NCBI GenBank assembly: GCA_038087875.1
Contig: CM075988.1
Coordinates: 6,574,001-6,638,000 of the forward strand
From: Malacoraja senta
Taxonomy: Eukaryota
Direction: 5' to 3'
DNA length: 64,000 nucleotides
This document shows positions 1-13,149 of the stretch, piece by piece; within the stretch, counting starts at the first letter, position 1; every line of letters starts with the position of its first letter. Both the position numbers and the translations under genes were made by a program. Under the pieces are notes generated by a model. It had not been told where the DNA came from and made no database searches. It was given only the letters and a program-made list of their open reading frames with translations.

Positions 1-1449
1 AATACTCTCTTCTTGCTTCAATTTCCTATTTTCTAGTTGAAGAATACTTAAAGTCATATATTTAGACAAAGTCAACACATATTTATGAAAGAGAAATTAT
101 GTTGAACAATTTTGTTTTTATTTTGTGGATTGTGGATGAGAAGGAATTAGTCAATGTTTTCCATAATTTTTTATAAATAGTTGATAAGGTGCCATAAGTA
201 AATGCTGAAAATTAGGACCTCATGAGATTGGGTGGTAACAGCATGATGGAGGATTGGTTATTGGAAAGAAAACGGGTTATTTTTAGATGTGCAGGCCTTG
301 CATTTTTTAACCTCAGCTATTCGCAGTTTAATATCAAAGGTTTAAACAAGATCCAGACTAGAGAAAAATAGTTGTTCTTGGGCACACAAAGGGATATGTA
401 GACAGGTTAACTGAATAAACAAGGATGCAAAAAATATATCTAATGGAGAGAAGGCAGACAGGTAAGGTATAAAAATAGAATATTTTTTGGAAAGATCAAT
501 GTCTGGGAAATATTGGAATTCAAAGGAATGCCTTCCTTAGAAGTAGCAGGAAATGTTACTGTAGGGACAGATTGTGTTGACTGTACCTTGTGTGTTATTC
601 CCAGAAATTTCATAGTCATAGTAGATTTGATTGTACAGACTATCTCCAAAAAGGGTTCCGAAGCTGATAGAGTGATTTTTCATCCTATTTAGGAACTATG
701 AATCTTTGTGAAATTCTCTACACCCATGTCCAGTCATTTGATATATTCAAAACAGATCAGTAGGTTTTTGAATATGAAGGGAATCAAGAGGTATGGAGAG
801 AGCGCTGGTTGATGGAGATGAGGTAGATGTTCAATCATGTTAATTCACAGTGCTGCCTCTAAAAGGCTGGATGGATGATTCACTTCTATTTATTATGTTC
901 TTAGATGATGCAGCTTTAAGCTGTCATTGAACAGCCCGAATGGTGTCATCGGATGGATATGATCTATTATGTTCTGTTGACTATATAATGGTTTAGAGGG
1001 ATGTTTATCCACAAGGAATTTAATCCTATACCTTGATCTTCACACTGAATGAAAAAAGTTGAATGTGTAACCCCAACAACCTCAGAATTTTAAAGTATTG
1101 CAGACATGTTCTCTCTATATTCAAGTGTATGTTAATTTAGTGATCCCTTTGAAGAGGAAGGAGACGTGTGGGGCTTGCCTGCTTTATAGCAGTAGAGTTG
1201 TCGCAGCCTGGAATATTAACTCTGTTTGCGTAAAGTTTCAATGTAAATCATTTAAATGTGGTGCCTTGCAAATAAACCACTAATGTTTATTCGCTCTCGG
1301 CATCTTGATGCATCAGTGATGGACCATGAGGGTGGTAGTTTTCCTTCTTAAATAATTCATAGCTCCTCTGTAGCAGGTTCCAGTTGAGTTTATTGGACTA
1401 AAATTGATTGTCATGATGTTCTCCAGTGAATGATTCCAGTTCCAACGAT

Positions 1450-2480
1450 TCCAATATTGCACACACCAAATTTAGTCAGGCCCTTTGGCCCAACTTGTCC
1501 ATGATGACCAAGAAGTCCCTTTGAGCTAGTCCCATTTAGCCCGTATCTCTCTAAAGCTTTCCTATCCAAGTGTCTTTTAAATGTTATTGTACCTCCCACA
1601 ACTACCTCCTCTGGCAGCTCCTTTATATACTCATCATCCTCCGAGTGAAAATATTGTCCCACAGATTCCTATTAAGTCTTTCCCCTATAACTTTAAACAG
1701 ATGCCCACTAATTCTTAATCCCCCCCCCCCTCCCCAACCCTATGAAAATGACTGCATTCATCCTATTTATTCTCCTTGTGATGCTATAAAATCACCCCTC
1801 CGCCTCTTGCACTCCAAGGAATAAAGTCCTAGTCTGCCCCTTCTCTCCCTATGACTCGGGTCCTGGAGTCTTTGTAAATAGAAACATAGAAAATAGGTGC
1901 AGGAGGAGGCCATTCGGCCCATTGAGCCAGCACCGCCACCCATTGTGATCATGGCTGATCGTCCCCAATCAATAACCCGTGCCTGCCTTCTCCCCATATC
2001 CCTTGACTCCACTAGCCCCAAGAGCTCTATCCAACTCTCTCTTAAATCCATCCAGTGATTTGGCCTCCACTGCCCTCTGTGGCAGGGAATTCCATAACTT
2101 CACAACTCTCTGGGTGAAAAGGTTTTTTTCTCACCTCAGTCTTAAATGACCTTCCCATTATTCTAAGACTGTGGCCCCTGGTTCTGGACTCGCCCAACAT
2201 TGGGAACATTTTTCCTGTATCTAGCTTGTCCAGTCCTTTTATAATTTTATCCTGTTTCTATAAGATGCCCTCTCATCCTTCTAAACTCCAGTGAATACAA
2301 GCCTAATCTTTTCAATCTTTCCTCATTAGACAGTCCCGCCATCCCAGGGATCAATCTCGTGATCCTATGCTGCACTGCCTCAATCACAAGGATGTCCTTC
2401 CTCAAATTAGGAGACCAAAACTGTACACAATACTCCAGATGTGGTCTCACCAGAGTCCTGTACAACTGCAGAAGAAATCT
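1450..2480 (-). mobile_element. Two adjacent CR1 LINE 3' fragments
   Basis: Minus-strand LVRPHLEYCVQFWSP...LGLYSLEFRRMRG; (tagaaaca)n tail at ~1880; older copy at 1450-1870. Confidence 0.85.
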
Positions 2481-4059
2481 CTGCACTCTTTCCAGATTAA
2501 TGGCACAGATGATTGAGAGCAGTTTAGAGGATGGAAACGTAGACAAAAGAACCTAGACAGGGAGAGTTGGGAACCGCAGAGCAGGAGGCCAGCTCAGCAG
2601 GTCAGGCTGTGCATGTCCTGCAATTGCAGCGAAAGCAAAAAAGGGAAGGAAAAATGCATGCTGAACTCTCTTCCCCTCTTGCCTCATAAGGAGAGGAGAA
2701 AGAGTCCAGCGTGCCTTTTTCCTTTTAATGTAAATATAAGGTGAGATGGGACGTAAAAGACACTTGGACATGGATAGGAAAGGTTCAGACGGATATGGGC
2801 CAAGAGCAGGTTATAGAACTAGATGAGGCATCTTGGTTGGCATGGACGTGTTGGGCGAAGGGCCTGTTTTCGTGCTGTATGACTCAATGACTAATATCAC
2901 AGATAGATGACTGATTCAGACCGAGAAATCAAGTCACCTGAAATTATAGTATTCGGAATAGAGTCCTGAAGGTTACAACTAGCCAAGGTGGAAGGAGACT
3001 TGGTCTTCGTCAAGTTGGCATTGGACCTCACTGTGACACAACAGGAGGCCTCAGACTGATGGGTGAGAGTGGGAATAATACCAGCTATTCATTTCACGTC
3101 TTCACGAGGAGTTTATATGATTAAATGTATTTACAAAAGAGTACCAAATTCATGCCTGTGCAATTGAATCTTTAACAAGGTTGGTTAACATTACCTTTTG
3201 GTATTTGCATTGCGATGGTGCAACAATAAGGCTGCTGTTTCATAGATGCATGGACCGAGATCTATGTTTTCTCTATGACTGCCGAGTTTTCTTGAGTCGT
3301 CTGGTTTCCTCCAATATCCCGAGGACGTGCTGGTACATCAACTGCCTAACGTAGATAATCCCCTTAATATTGATACCTGGCAAAAAAAAATCAAAGGAAA
3401 GATGATGGTCATGAAAGAGAGTTGTAGAGTTGTAAGATGATCTATCGAATGTTGTGCATACAAAAGAAAATCTTGTGAGTTTAGAGGAACTGTTCAGGTA
3501 ATCAGTGTTAAGTAAAAGCCCAAAGATTTGTACATTTTTGCAACAAAAAGTGATGTACCTTGGCTAATGTTGATGACTATGGCCTACACTTAGTGAGTAG
3601 AAATGTAGAGGGCATTAATAATGCAAAATGGGCATTAATAATGCAAAAAAGCCCAAAAATGGAGGAATCCAGGTCATTCCTGGGGTGAGCGCGCTGTTGA
3701 GCATAATTTCTTGCAAAGTTTACATTGTTGTTTGCTCCTTTGTATCACATGAAAAAGAAGTGAAATGACTGGAGCATGGAGCAACAACGCACGTGGGAGA
3801 TGCAATGAAGGATTGTGTTCATTATAAAGAAGGGTCTCAACCCGAAACGTCACCCATTCCTTCTCTCCAGAGATGCTGCCTGTCCTGCTGAGTTACTCCA
3901 GCTTTTTGTGTCTGTGTTCATTATGATACTGCACGTGAGCTGAATAGGAATGTGACGCGTCAAGTTTGCCACCAATGTGGACAAGGCCAGATGATTGATT
4001 AGTTAGCATGTTACAACTTTATACCTGTACAGGATGAGCTCAATTATGGACCAAATAGT

Positions 4060-4605
4060 CATACCGCACGGATATAGGCCCTTCGGCCCAACTTGCCCAT
4101 GTCAAAAAGATGCCCCATCTAAGCTAGTCCCACTTGCCCAGGTTTGAGCCATATCCCTCTAAACCTTTCCTATGCATGTACCAGTCCAAATGCCTTTTAA
4201 ATGTTGTTATAGTATCTGCCTCAACTACATCCTCTGGCAACTTGTTCCATAAACCTATCACCATCTGTGTAAAAACATTGCCCCTATGGTCCGTATTAAA
4301 TCTTTCCCCTCTCACCTTAAGCTTATGTCCTCTGGTTCTTGATTCTCCTACTCCAAGTAAAATAATCTGTGCAGTCACCATATTTTCCCCCTCATGATCT
4401 TATACACCCCCATGACATCACCCCTCTGCCTCCTGCCTCCTCCCTCCTCCAAGGAATAAAGTCCTAGCCTGCCCAGCTTCTGCCTATAGCACAGACCCTC
4501 AAGTCCTGACAACATCCTTAAATCTTTCCTTTTTCCCAGCTTAACAACATCCTTCCAATAGCAGGGTGACAAACTGAACACAGTACTCCAAATGTGGCCT
4601 CATCA
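4060..4605 (-). mobile_element. CR1 LINE 3' fragment
   Basis: LGLYSLE...RTRGHKLKVRGERF...LWNKLPEDVVEA motifs. Confidence 0.8.
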
Positions 4606-5400
4606 AATGGAGAAAGAGATACTTGGATTACCACTTGAAATGGTAGGTTCCATATCAGAGATGCCTGCTAGGTTGGATTGTAGGATGCAAAGAAAGATAA
4701 TCTCATTGCATTACAACTGAGTATAGAATGTGTGTTGCTATAACTGCACGCAAACTCTGATGTCGGAAGTGTGAAAATGTGAACTATGCTTTAAATGTGG
4801 TCTATGGAACTTTCCAGTAATTATGTCTGAAATTACAGGCGAAAGCCGCAAAGGTTCGGTGTCAAAGCGTTAAACACTCATTGACGGGTGAACCGAACTT
4901 GGCTAATATAGATGAGGTATTAAAACCTCTCAGTTACTGTGTTGTTTCATCGTGGGAATAGAGGAGATATATAGAGTGGATTCATAATAACGACTACTTT
5001 TTGAGAGAGAAAATGTTTGCATAACTTTGTACTGAACACATGGAAATAGTGGCTATGAAAGCAGTCAGAATTTTTTTTATTTGTTGGCTTGGTTAGAAAC
5101 ATAGAAAAATAGGTGCAGGAGTAGGCCATTCGGCCTTTCGAACCATTCAATATGATCATGGCTGATCATCTAACATCCTACTTTTTCCCCATATCCCTAA
5201 GAGCTAAATCTAAATCTCTTGAAAACATTTGGACTGTGATCATTGGTAAGCAATTGTATTATTACTTAAACCTATCAGGTTGAGTTCCCAAGTGAACAAG
5301 TGATAGGTAGGAACCATAGTTGAGTTTTGCAGAACTATGAAATTTCTGGATGAAATCGATAACAACATGAAGTGTTCATTTTGTTAAAAGGCTTTCTGAT

Positions 5401-5653
5401 CTTCTTGCGTATGGCGTGCACAGACTAAAGTTGTAGGACAAACTCAGCGGGTGCGGCAGCATCTATGGAGCGAAGGAAATAGGCAATGTTTCGGGTCGAA
5501 ACCCTTCTTCAGACATTTTCCAGCATCTGCAGTTCCTTCTTAAAAAAAAGTTGTAGGACAACTTATTCTATTTGATCTTATTTGATTGTTCACGCCGGGT
5601 TGATTGCATTCATCGAAACAGGGCGGACTACGTGAAAGTTGCAGATTCCACCC
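5401..5653 (-). mobile_element. Short retroposon with 12-bp TSD, containing a nested Penelope-like insert (5442-5546)
   Basis: aggctttctgat at 5389-5400 and 5654-5665; inner repeat aaagttgtaggacaa at 5427-5441 and 5547-5561. Confidence 0.7.
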
Positions 5654-6865
5654 AGGCTTTCTGATAAAGTTGAATCAAGACTAGTTATTGCACCTCAAGA
5701 AACTGCAAATGCTGAAATCTTGACCAAAAATCAAAAGGCTGGAGGAACTCGATGGGTCAGGCAGCTTCTTGATGTCAGTCTCCTGTGATTGATTCAGAGA
5801 TCGAGCATGGGGAGAGAGGTGTCAGGGATAATCCAAGTGAAAGTGAAGGAAGTTGTTAATAAAGTTATTGGAATCAGTGACTTCTGCAAGGATGCAGGAG
5901 TCCTCCTTGATGGTGTTTACATAGAAACATAGAAAATAGGTGCAGGAGGAGGCCATTCGGCCCTTCGAGTCAGCACCGCCATTCATTGTGATCATGGCTG
6001 ATCGTCCCCACTCAATAACCCGTGCCTGCCTTCTCCCCATAACCCAGTGATTTGCTCCTAGATATTGACCCTTTGTTTATGAAGTTTTCAGAATCCAGTT
6101 CAGGCTTCCAGAAGTTCAAGCAAGCTTCCAGTACCTCCTTTCAAATCCAGAACCAAACATTCCAAAAGTTGATTCAATACCAAACCTGTAGAGTTTCAGA
6201 AAACTCCAAATATACAATTTTAATTGAATATGTATATTGGGGAATTACCTTTTTTTACAGTCTATCCATGTTTGCATTAATATTGTAACCAGTTAGAATC
6301 TAATTGTTTGCTTGCTACAGTGTGCCATTGATTTGATTGTTCCAGACTGTAACAAGGTTTCAATAGGTAAATAATTTTAATGTTCTGTGATGCAAATGAA
6401 GCACTTCCTTATTTTTGTAAATAAATTACAATTTTATTGCTCCCGATAATCTAGGCGCTGTCACTTCTAATCAAAGAACTTTTTCACCCGCGGTCATTTC
6501 CACTTCTCCTCTCTTCCTTTAACAGCAGATACAAAAGCTTGAAACCACATACCACCTGATTCAGGAACAGCTGCTTCCCCACTGTTATCAGACTCTCATG
6601 ATCTCAGGTCTAGTCCTAATCTTCCATTGTATCTCATTGCAGACATTGGACTTTTCCTCTGCAACTGTAATGCTTTTTTCTGCACACTCATATTTTTCTT
6701 TTTGCTCTACCCTATTATACTTCTGCATGGCTTGATTGGACTCGTGTGATGGTTTGATTTAAATGTTTAAGAAAGACCTGCAGATGCTGGAAAAATCAAA
6801 GGTAGAAAAAAACACTGGAGAAAATCAGAGGGGTGAGGCAGCATCCATGGAGCGAAGGAATAGGT

Positions 6866-6893
6866 GACGTTTCGGGTCGAGACCCTTCTTCAG
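6866..6893 (-). ncRNA. Minimal type I hammerhead ribozyme motif (intact core), antisense in a CDON intron
   Basis: Reverse complement reads gu-CUGAAGAAGGGUCUCGACCCGAAACGUC-ac. Confidence 0.6.
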
Positions 6894-8066
6894 ACTGATT
6901 AAAATGAATAACACCCAAACAAAAGCTTGTCACACTATCTCTGTGCACTTGACAATAATATACCAATGCTTGCTTTGAGGGCAGCAATCCGCTTACTTCC
7001 ATTCTTGTCCTTTCCTTGTTTTCATGTAACTTCTCTCTCTCATATGGCCATCAGCTTGCTTTTGATTCTGTTTTTGCTATTAACATGCACTATGGGGAAG
7101 TCTACACTTGCCCATTAATCTCCAGCACATGTGGGACTTGCACAGTCACTGAGGGAATGTTGAAACAAGACGCAGGAAACACCCGAGGATGGGTTTGAGT
7201 CTGATTCTCTGGAGCTGTGAGGCAGCTAGCTCACTGTTGCTTTCTCAAATGCCTCCTCATATACTTATGATGTACATACTTTTGATGCACTGTACTATTT
7301 GAAAAGCAGTGGCCAATTTGCACGCTGAATAATTCTCTTGCAATAGTCAGCTGCTTAACATGAACTCTGTAAATCAACATTATTGTGAAACAGGGTGCAT
7401 TGGGATAATATAAAATGGAGACTGACGTTGTTTTGCTTTCCAAAAATCTCTTGAAATGCTCATTACGGACGTCCTGATATCTAAAGAGTCATCAGCAATC
7501 TCAGTTCAGACTGCCTAGTCTTTATTGCAGATTAGTACTACAAACAACTTTTGTTTTATTGCATCCTTCGGCATAGTAAACAGGCAAAGGCTCCAAGCCA
7601 GCACCTCCGGGGTTAAATGATTGCAACTGGATGTTCAAGGATAAACACTTAAGAGATCAGCTGAGAGGTGCTGGCAGCCTCTTGGAATTGATAGCTTCTT
7701 TGTTATTGAGAGACTTGCCAGTTTCAACAAGTGCAGCCCATCCTCCCCTATCCTGCTGCTGCCTGTGGTATCCTAAATAAATAAACGAGAGCAAACATAG
7801 TCTGGCTTCAATTAAATAAGAAATGTTGATAGTTTTCCTTGGTTTTCTTGCAAGAGGCAGTGAGCAGAACATCTGGGGACCAGGGTGTATGTTTCCTCTG
7901 GCTCTGAATAACAATCTTACTACTTGGGACTATTGGAATTTAAATGTGCAGGGGGTGGTGGAAAGATAAAGAATGTTAAGTAGTCAGCATTCTTTCAATT
8001 GACAAAAGTGTCTATATTTTTTAGAATAATTACAATTTTTTTATTTTCTTTCCCCATTACTTTCAG

Positions 8067-8380
8067 TTGAAACAAAGGCCGGGGTTGATGACCTAGAGTC
8101 CACAATTGCAGCAAGAGGCTCCGATATTGTTCAGAGTGATGAAGGTGATGAAAGCGTAGACTATGGTTATAACCACGACATTGTGCCCCGGCAACAGCAG
8201 CCGACAAAGGAGATTATTGCCCCTAAGGCGACACAGAGGACGAACGTTGCCTCTCCACCCGATGCCCCCATCATTCTCAGCGCTCCATTTACCACTAACC
8301 CAGATAGTTACGATTTGATTTGGAGAGCGGGGAAAGATGGCGGCTCACCCATCAACGCCTACTTCGTCAAGTATCGCATG
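8067..8380 (+). CDS. CDON: CDON coding exon: Ig5-FN3(1) linker and N-half of first FN3 domain (first CDON exon recognised in the window)
   Basis: Pyrimidine tract + tttcag acceptor at 8066, donor ATG|gtatga. Encodes ETKAGVDD...[41 protein letters not shown], closely resembling vertebrate [14 protein letters not shown]...[21 protein letters not shown]. 314 nt, phase 1 to 0. Confidence 0.93.
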
Positions 8381-8752
8381 GTATGATGTTGTTGACACGT
8401 ATCTGTATCTGTAAGGAGAAAATACCTGAAGTTCAGACTCAGAAGTCCATGGTTGACTGTTGGGATGGATGTCTCTTTTGTGCAATGGTTGTAAAAGTTA
8501 AAATGTGCAATCCCTTCCCTGTATGTGTATATTTAATTAATGACATTGCTCAGACAAGCCTAAAATGGAGCGGGAAATGGAAAAATTCCCACACACATAT
8601 ATTGGGACATTTCCTGTTATTTTACACCTTACAAATCACACACTGTAGTATCAATGCCATTATATTCAGAAGGCTGCCAGCAGTCGCCGCACTCACCAGC
8701 TACTGTCTGAACCATTAGTAATCAGTAAAGTATTCGGCAAAACACCTCTACA

Positions 8753-9795
8753 TAGGTATGTTACAAAACTTACCTTCAGCAGCGCTGCAGTTCTGTCACT
8801 GCCCGTGTGCGCGACTTTGGCGCCTTTGAGAGGGGGCCGGGTTTAAAATGCCGTTTTCTCCAGCCTGTTGAAATCGATCTATGTCAGGCTGTTTAGCTGC
8901 TGCAGAGAAATCGCTCCGACATCTGTTTTATAAAGTTTTATAAAAATAGCGCTGGATAATTTAATAGCAGGAGTAAAATATAAATCGTCTTCTAAAGCCG
9001 TCAACACCGACAACGGAACGGATTTCACGTACGTGACAGCTAATGGAAAGCCGTTATTTTTACATATAAACGTGCTTCTAAGGATGCCTTTAATCAAGAT
9101 TTCACGTTGCGAAAAGGTGATTATGTAAATATACGAACCGGCAGTATTTTTCCTGCCGATATGGGGTTTAAATTCACCGCAAAAGCAACGTTCCAAATGA
9201 TAGGGTTCCACAAAAAACCACTCGCAAGATGATTAAAATGGCCATTAATTTACAGGAATTAAACACTAAATTCCTTCCATTTGGCCTAGATCTCTCATGA
9301 CAATGAGATTAAAAAATCATGTTATATTGTGAATTCTTGTGTGAATGTTATTTGGACACTTAGGCTATTTAAAAATGTTAAACTTTTCTTAAGAAATGGA
9401 TAGATGTTTAGATCTAGTAATTGAATTTTGTAATTAGCTACAATTAGGTAACTAACTAATTATATGCTTTAATTTCAGGTCATCCAAGTAAGATTGTTTC
9501 ATATTTGTTTCAGAATGCTTCAATCTATAATAACTGAAAATTTCATTCAGTTCTCTTAATTTTTAAGAAAGTTATGGGCTTTTGACTGTCCTTGATCACA
9601 GCTTTTGAGTTAAGTCAATGGAAAAGCAATAGGGAACAAGATGCTAATTTCCGAGTATGAAAATTGCCATACCTTTTTTAATACTGAAGATATGAAAGTG
9701 AATTAGGTGTCAAATCAAACTTCTTTTTATGCTTTATCTGATGGGATAAATTGCAGACTTGATTTTTAAAATCTCAAAATTTTGTGACATTTCTA
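8753..9795. mobile_element. Non-autonomous DNA transposon (hAT-like TAG...CTA termini)
   Basis: Imperfect 16-bp TIRs (taggtatgttacaaaa / ttttgtgacatttcta, 13/16); direct repeat ctctaca at 8746-8752 and 9796-9802; no transposase ORF. Confidence 0.7.
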
Positions 9796-10578
9796 CTCTA
9801 CATCAGCAGCAAGAACTTTTTTTTGGGGGGGGGGGGGTGAAACCTGAGAGCTAGGCCACGGTCGGGACATAGTGAGGGCCAGAGCTCAGCCATTGTCGAG
9901 GTTAGGGGGGGTGGGCAGACTCTAGCTGCTTGTGGGGGCAGGTGCCCACAGGAGGGGGAGAGAGCAGAGTTCATTTTAGGAGGCATGGGTTGAGGCAAGA
10001 GTAGTTCAGGGGAGAATTGGTGAGGCTTATGAACTGACAGAACAGAGAAGGGTATCTATGCCTCAACTTGTATGTGTGCATAATACTGAGAGGTGCCTAT
10101 ACATTAACCCATCAATGCGAGAGTATTAATGCTTATGCAGCAGTGCTAGATCTACAGTCGTCTTAGTAGGCCGTCCATTGATCAGATCTCTTTCCATAAG
10201 TTTTACAGTGGCTATCTATTGCTTTCAAATATCTCTCTGCAGCATTGACCTTCTTTCTTTCTGACCTTCTCCAGCTTTCTAGCTGTCACCCACCTTTATT
10301 TTCAATCCTCATATTTAAAATCTGGTTATTACTTCTAACTGTCATTATTAATGGCTTGCTCTAATCCAAGTAAAAAGAATATTGTATTAACAATTTTTCT
10401 GTTCTGCATGAAATCAGCAGACTTAGTTAGTTGCATTGCATTGATATCTCGACCTACATGAATCCTAGACACGTGTCTTTTTCAGTACAACAGGAGGGTA
10501 TAGTGCAGGAAAGTCGGGCAAAGTCAAGTGGAATTGAGGATCCTAATGTAAGCGCCTAATTTCTTATTTCCATTGCAG

Positions 10579-10753
10579 CTTGACAACAGCGGGAATATGT
10601 TGGGAAGTTGGCACACCATCCGGGTTCCTGGTAGTGAGAATGAACTGCAACTCGGCGAGCTTGAATCCTCTAGCTTGTATGAAGTGCTAATGGTTGCACG
10701 AAGTGCCACTGGTGAAGGTCAGCCAGCTATGCTGACATTCCGAACTGGCAAAG
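10579..10753 (+). CDS. CDON: CDON coding exon: C-half of FN3(1)
   Basis: ttgcag acceptor, AAAG|gtgggc donor. [58 protein letters not shown]; phase 0 to 1. Confidence 0.95.
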
Positions 10754-10794
10754 GTGGGCTTTAAAGTAAAAATTATACTAATGCACTGACTGAC

Positions 10795-11072
10795 AAGTTC
10801 ACAAGTTATAGGAGTAGAATTAGGCCATTCGGCCCATCGAGTCTACTCTGCCATTCAATCAGGGCTGATCTCTGCCTCCTAATCCCATTTTCCTGCCTTT
10901 CTCCCCATAACCCTTGGCATCCATTCTAATGAAGAATTTGTCTATCTCTGCCTTAAAAATGTCCACTGACTTGGACTCCTCTTGTGGCAATGAGTTCCAC
11001 GGGTTAATTACCCTCAGATTAAAGAAGTTCCTCCACACCTTTCTAAAAGAGCACCCTTTAATTCTGAGGCTA
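10795..11072 (-). mobile_element. CR1 LINE 3' fragment
   Basis: HSLRIKG...RNFF...WNSLPQ...IFKAEIDKF and the shared CR1 3' UTR. Confidence 0.75.
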
Positions 11073-13014
11073 TGAAAAGTTATTTTCACTTCAGTTACAT
11101 TTGTAGCAATTGATTTTGTATGGACATTCTTGTTAGAAAAGCGACGATAAATGTTTTACACAGCATGATTAAGGGTCACGCATATAAGATAAGTCTCAAG
11201 ATCATGTCCATAGATCTCATCTATATCAGTGACAGGAGAGGGACGTCAGTTTGTGGGAACTGCTCCAGTACTTCGAGCGTGCGGGCCAACCGGACCTTGC
11301 ATTTTGAATAATGCCCGCAAAAATGCCGGTGCCCGCATGTGTAATATATGCAAAAAGAATTTCACTCTGCAGTTGCATATGTAACAAATTAAACAATATT
11401 GAAGTTACTAAAATTGATTTCTGCAACTGATTTAAAAAGAATCATCCTGAATCCTCTGATTGCTATCATTGATTTTATTTTTTTAACCGGTTGCTTTATT
11501 GTTGAACGAGGATCGGATTGGGTTTCTTTTAGATGTCCATTACAGTCATATTCTCTGCCAGTTCTCACTGTTTGGACATGTGGAATGTAACCACATGAGT
11601 GCGATGCCAAAGGATGTTCTAGAGATGAAAAAGATAAGAAGCAGTATTTTTCCGACGGAAATCAAAACATTTTTTTCTGATAACTGCACAAAAATTCCAG
11701 CTGTCATGGTAGAAGAGCCTGTTATCAATCAGCTGCTGCCACAATTCTAAATTAATATCTGGCTAAATGTGAATCTGGGCAGACTGCGAATCATCGACTA
11801 GACCTAAAACAAAATGGGTGAACAGGAACAATTTGAAATGGTGACATGGATTTCAAGCTACAATCTCCTCTATTTGACGCTGCTTAATTCACTATAATAT
11901 ATCAATTTATTTTTTATCAATTAAATAGATTTGTTGCTAGTAAGCGAAACACTCTCATTCACACATTAAGTTTACTTTTGGCCTGAAAACATGGAACTGT
12001 GGTGTCCAATCTTTAAAACTCAGGGAGCTGTGCCTTATTTTCACATGTTTCTTAATGTGCTGCTTGATTCTGTTAGAATTAATGGTTGATGATTTGAAAT
12101 TTAATTTTTATCATTAAATCCTTTTTTTTTCAATTATTTAGCCTTCGTTGACTAGTATATCTATCAGAATACCAGTGAACTATTGAGACCACTATAAAAT
12201 GTTGGGCTGCAGGGTGTATTAATTTATTGAGTGTAAATTCAGAAGTATATTTCACTGCCAGGTTATGTCTGTGGCTTACAAAGATAAAGTTTGTTTAATA
12301 CCTCATTTTGCAGAGCATAGAAGAATGCTGTTGCATGTAGTCTGTAGATTTTAGCTTTTAGATGCATTTTCTTTGCAGTTTTGGTGTTGATTCACCACCT
12401 GATATTGTCTTAATGATGGCAAGATCTCAGATGCTGCTAATAAAAAAAAAAAAAGTCAGTATTTTGAATGCACAGTATTAACCCAATTTGTCTGGATACG
12501 ACACAGGACAATAAAGTAATATATCATGGAAACAGGCTCTTTGGCCCAACATGTCCATGCAATCCATTGATTACCTCCTAATCCTATTTCCATGGCTCCC
12601 ATATGTCCCATGGCATTTCATGTGCTCATCTAAATAGTTAAATGTGGTAAGAGCACAGCCTTTCTCTACTCCCTCAGGCAATTTTGGAAATGCATTTGGG
12701 GTATTATATTTTTTAATTAAAACAAAAAGGACAGTAGTACTTAAAATCGTAGTTCTAGGCTACATCAGTGACCACTCGTCTGTTTGTTGAATGAAGTTAA
12801 TGAAAAATAAGTGAAAAGTGAAAAGACCAAAGAGTTGATGTGCAAAACAATGCCGTTCTTTGTTTGAACTTTTATAGTTTTGAAGTAAACAATGCAAGCC
12901 AGTGTTAGTTTTGAGAGCATAGCACTGCGATGTTACATGCAGTGGTTGCGGACGGCTCTACTTTGCTGCTTATGTTCTTTGCTCTAATATTCAAATCTAT
13001 TTTCTCCCCCTCAG

Positions 13015-13149
13015 GGCGATCCTCGACATCGAAGGAAAACTCTCGGACACCCTCACAACCAGTGGGAGTCCCCAAACAAACAGCAATCGAGGATAAGAGC
13101 AACACTAATTTTGGTGTGGTAATCCACGATCCAGCACGACACAGCGGAG
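13015..13149 (+). CDS. CDON: CDON coding exon: FN3(1)-FN3(2) linker
   Basis: tttctccccctcag acceptor, GGAG|gtacta donor. RSSTSKENSRTPSQPVGVPKQTAIEDKSNTNFGVVIHDPARHSG; 135 nt, phase 1 to 1. Confidence 0.92.

Noticed and set aside
4839..4916. Possible additional CDON coding exon
   Set aside because: Open only in phase 0 whereas the next exon needs phase 1; no Ig-domain similarity; weak pyrimidine tract.
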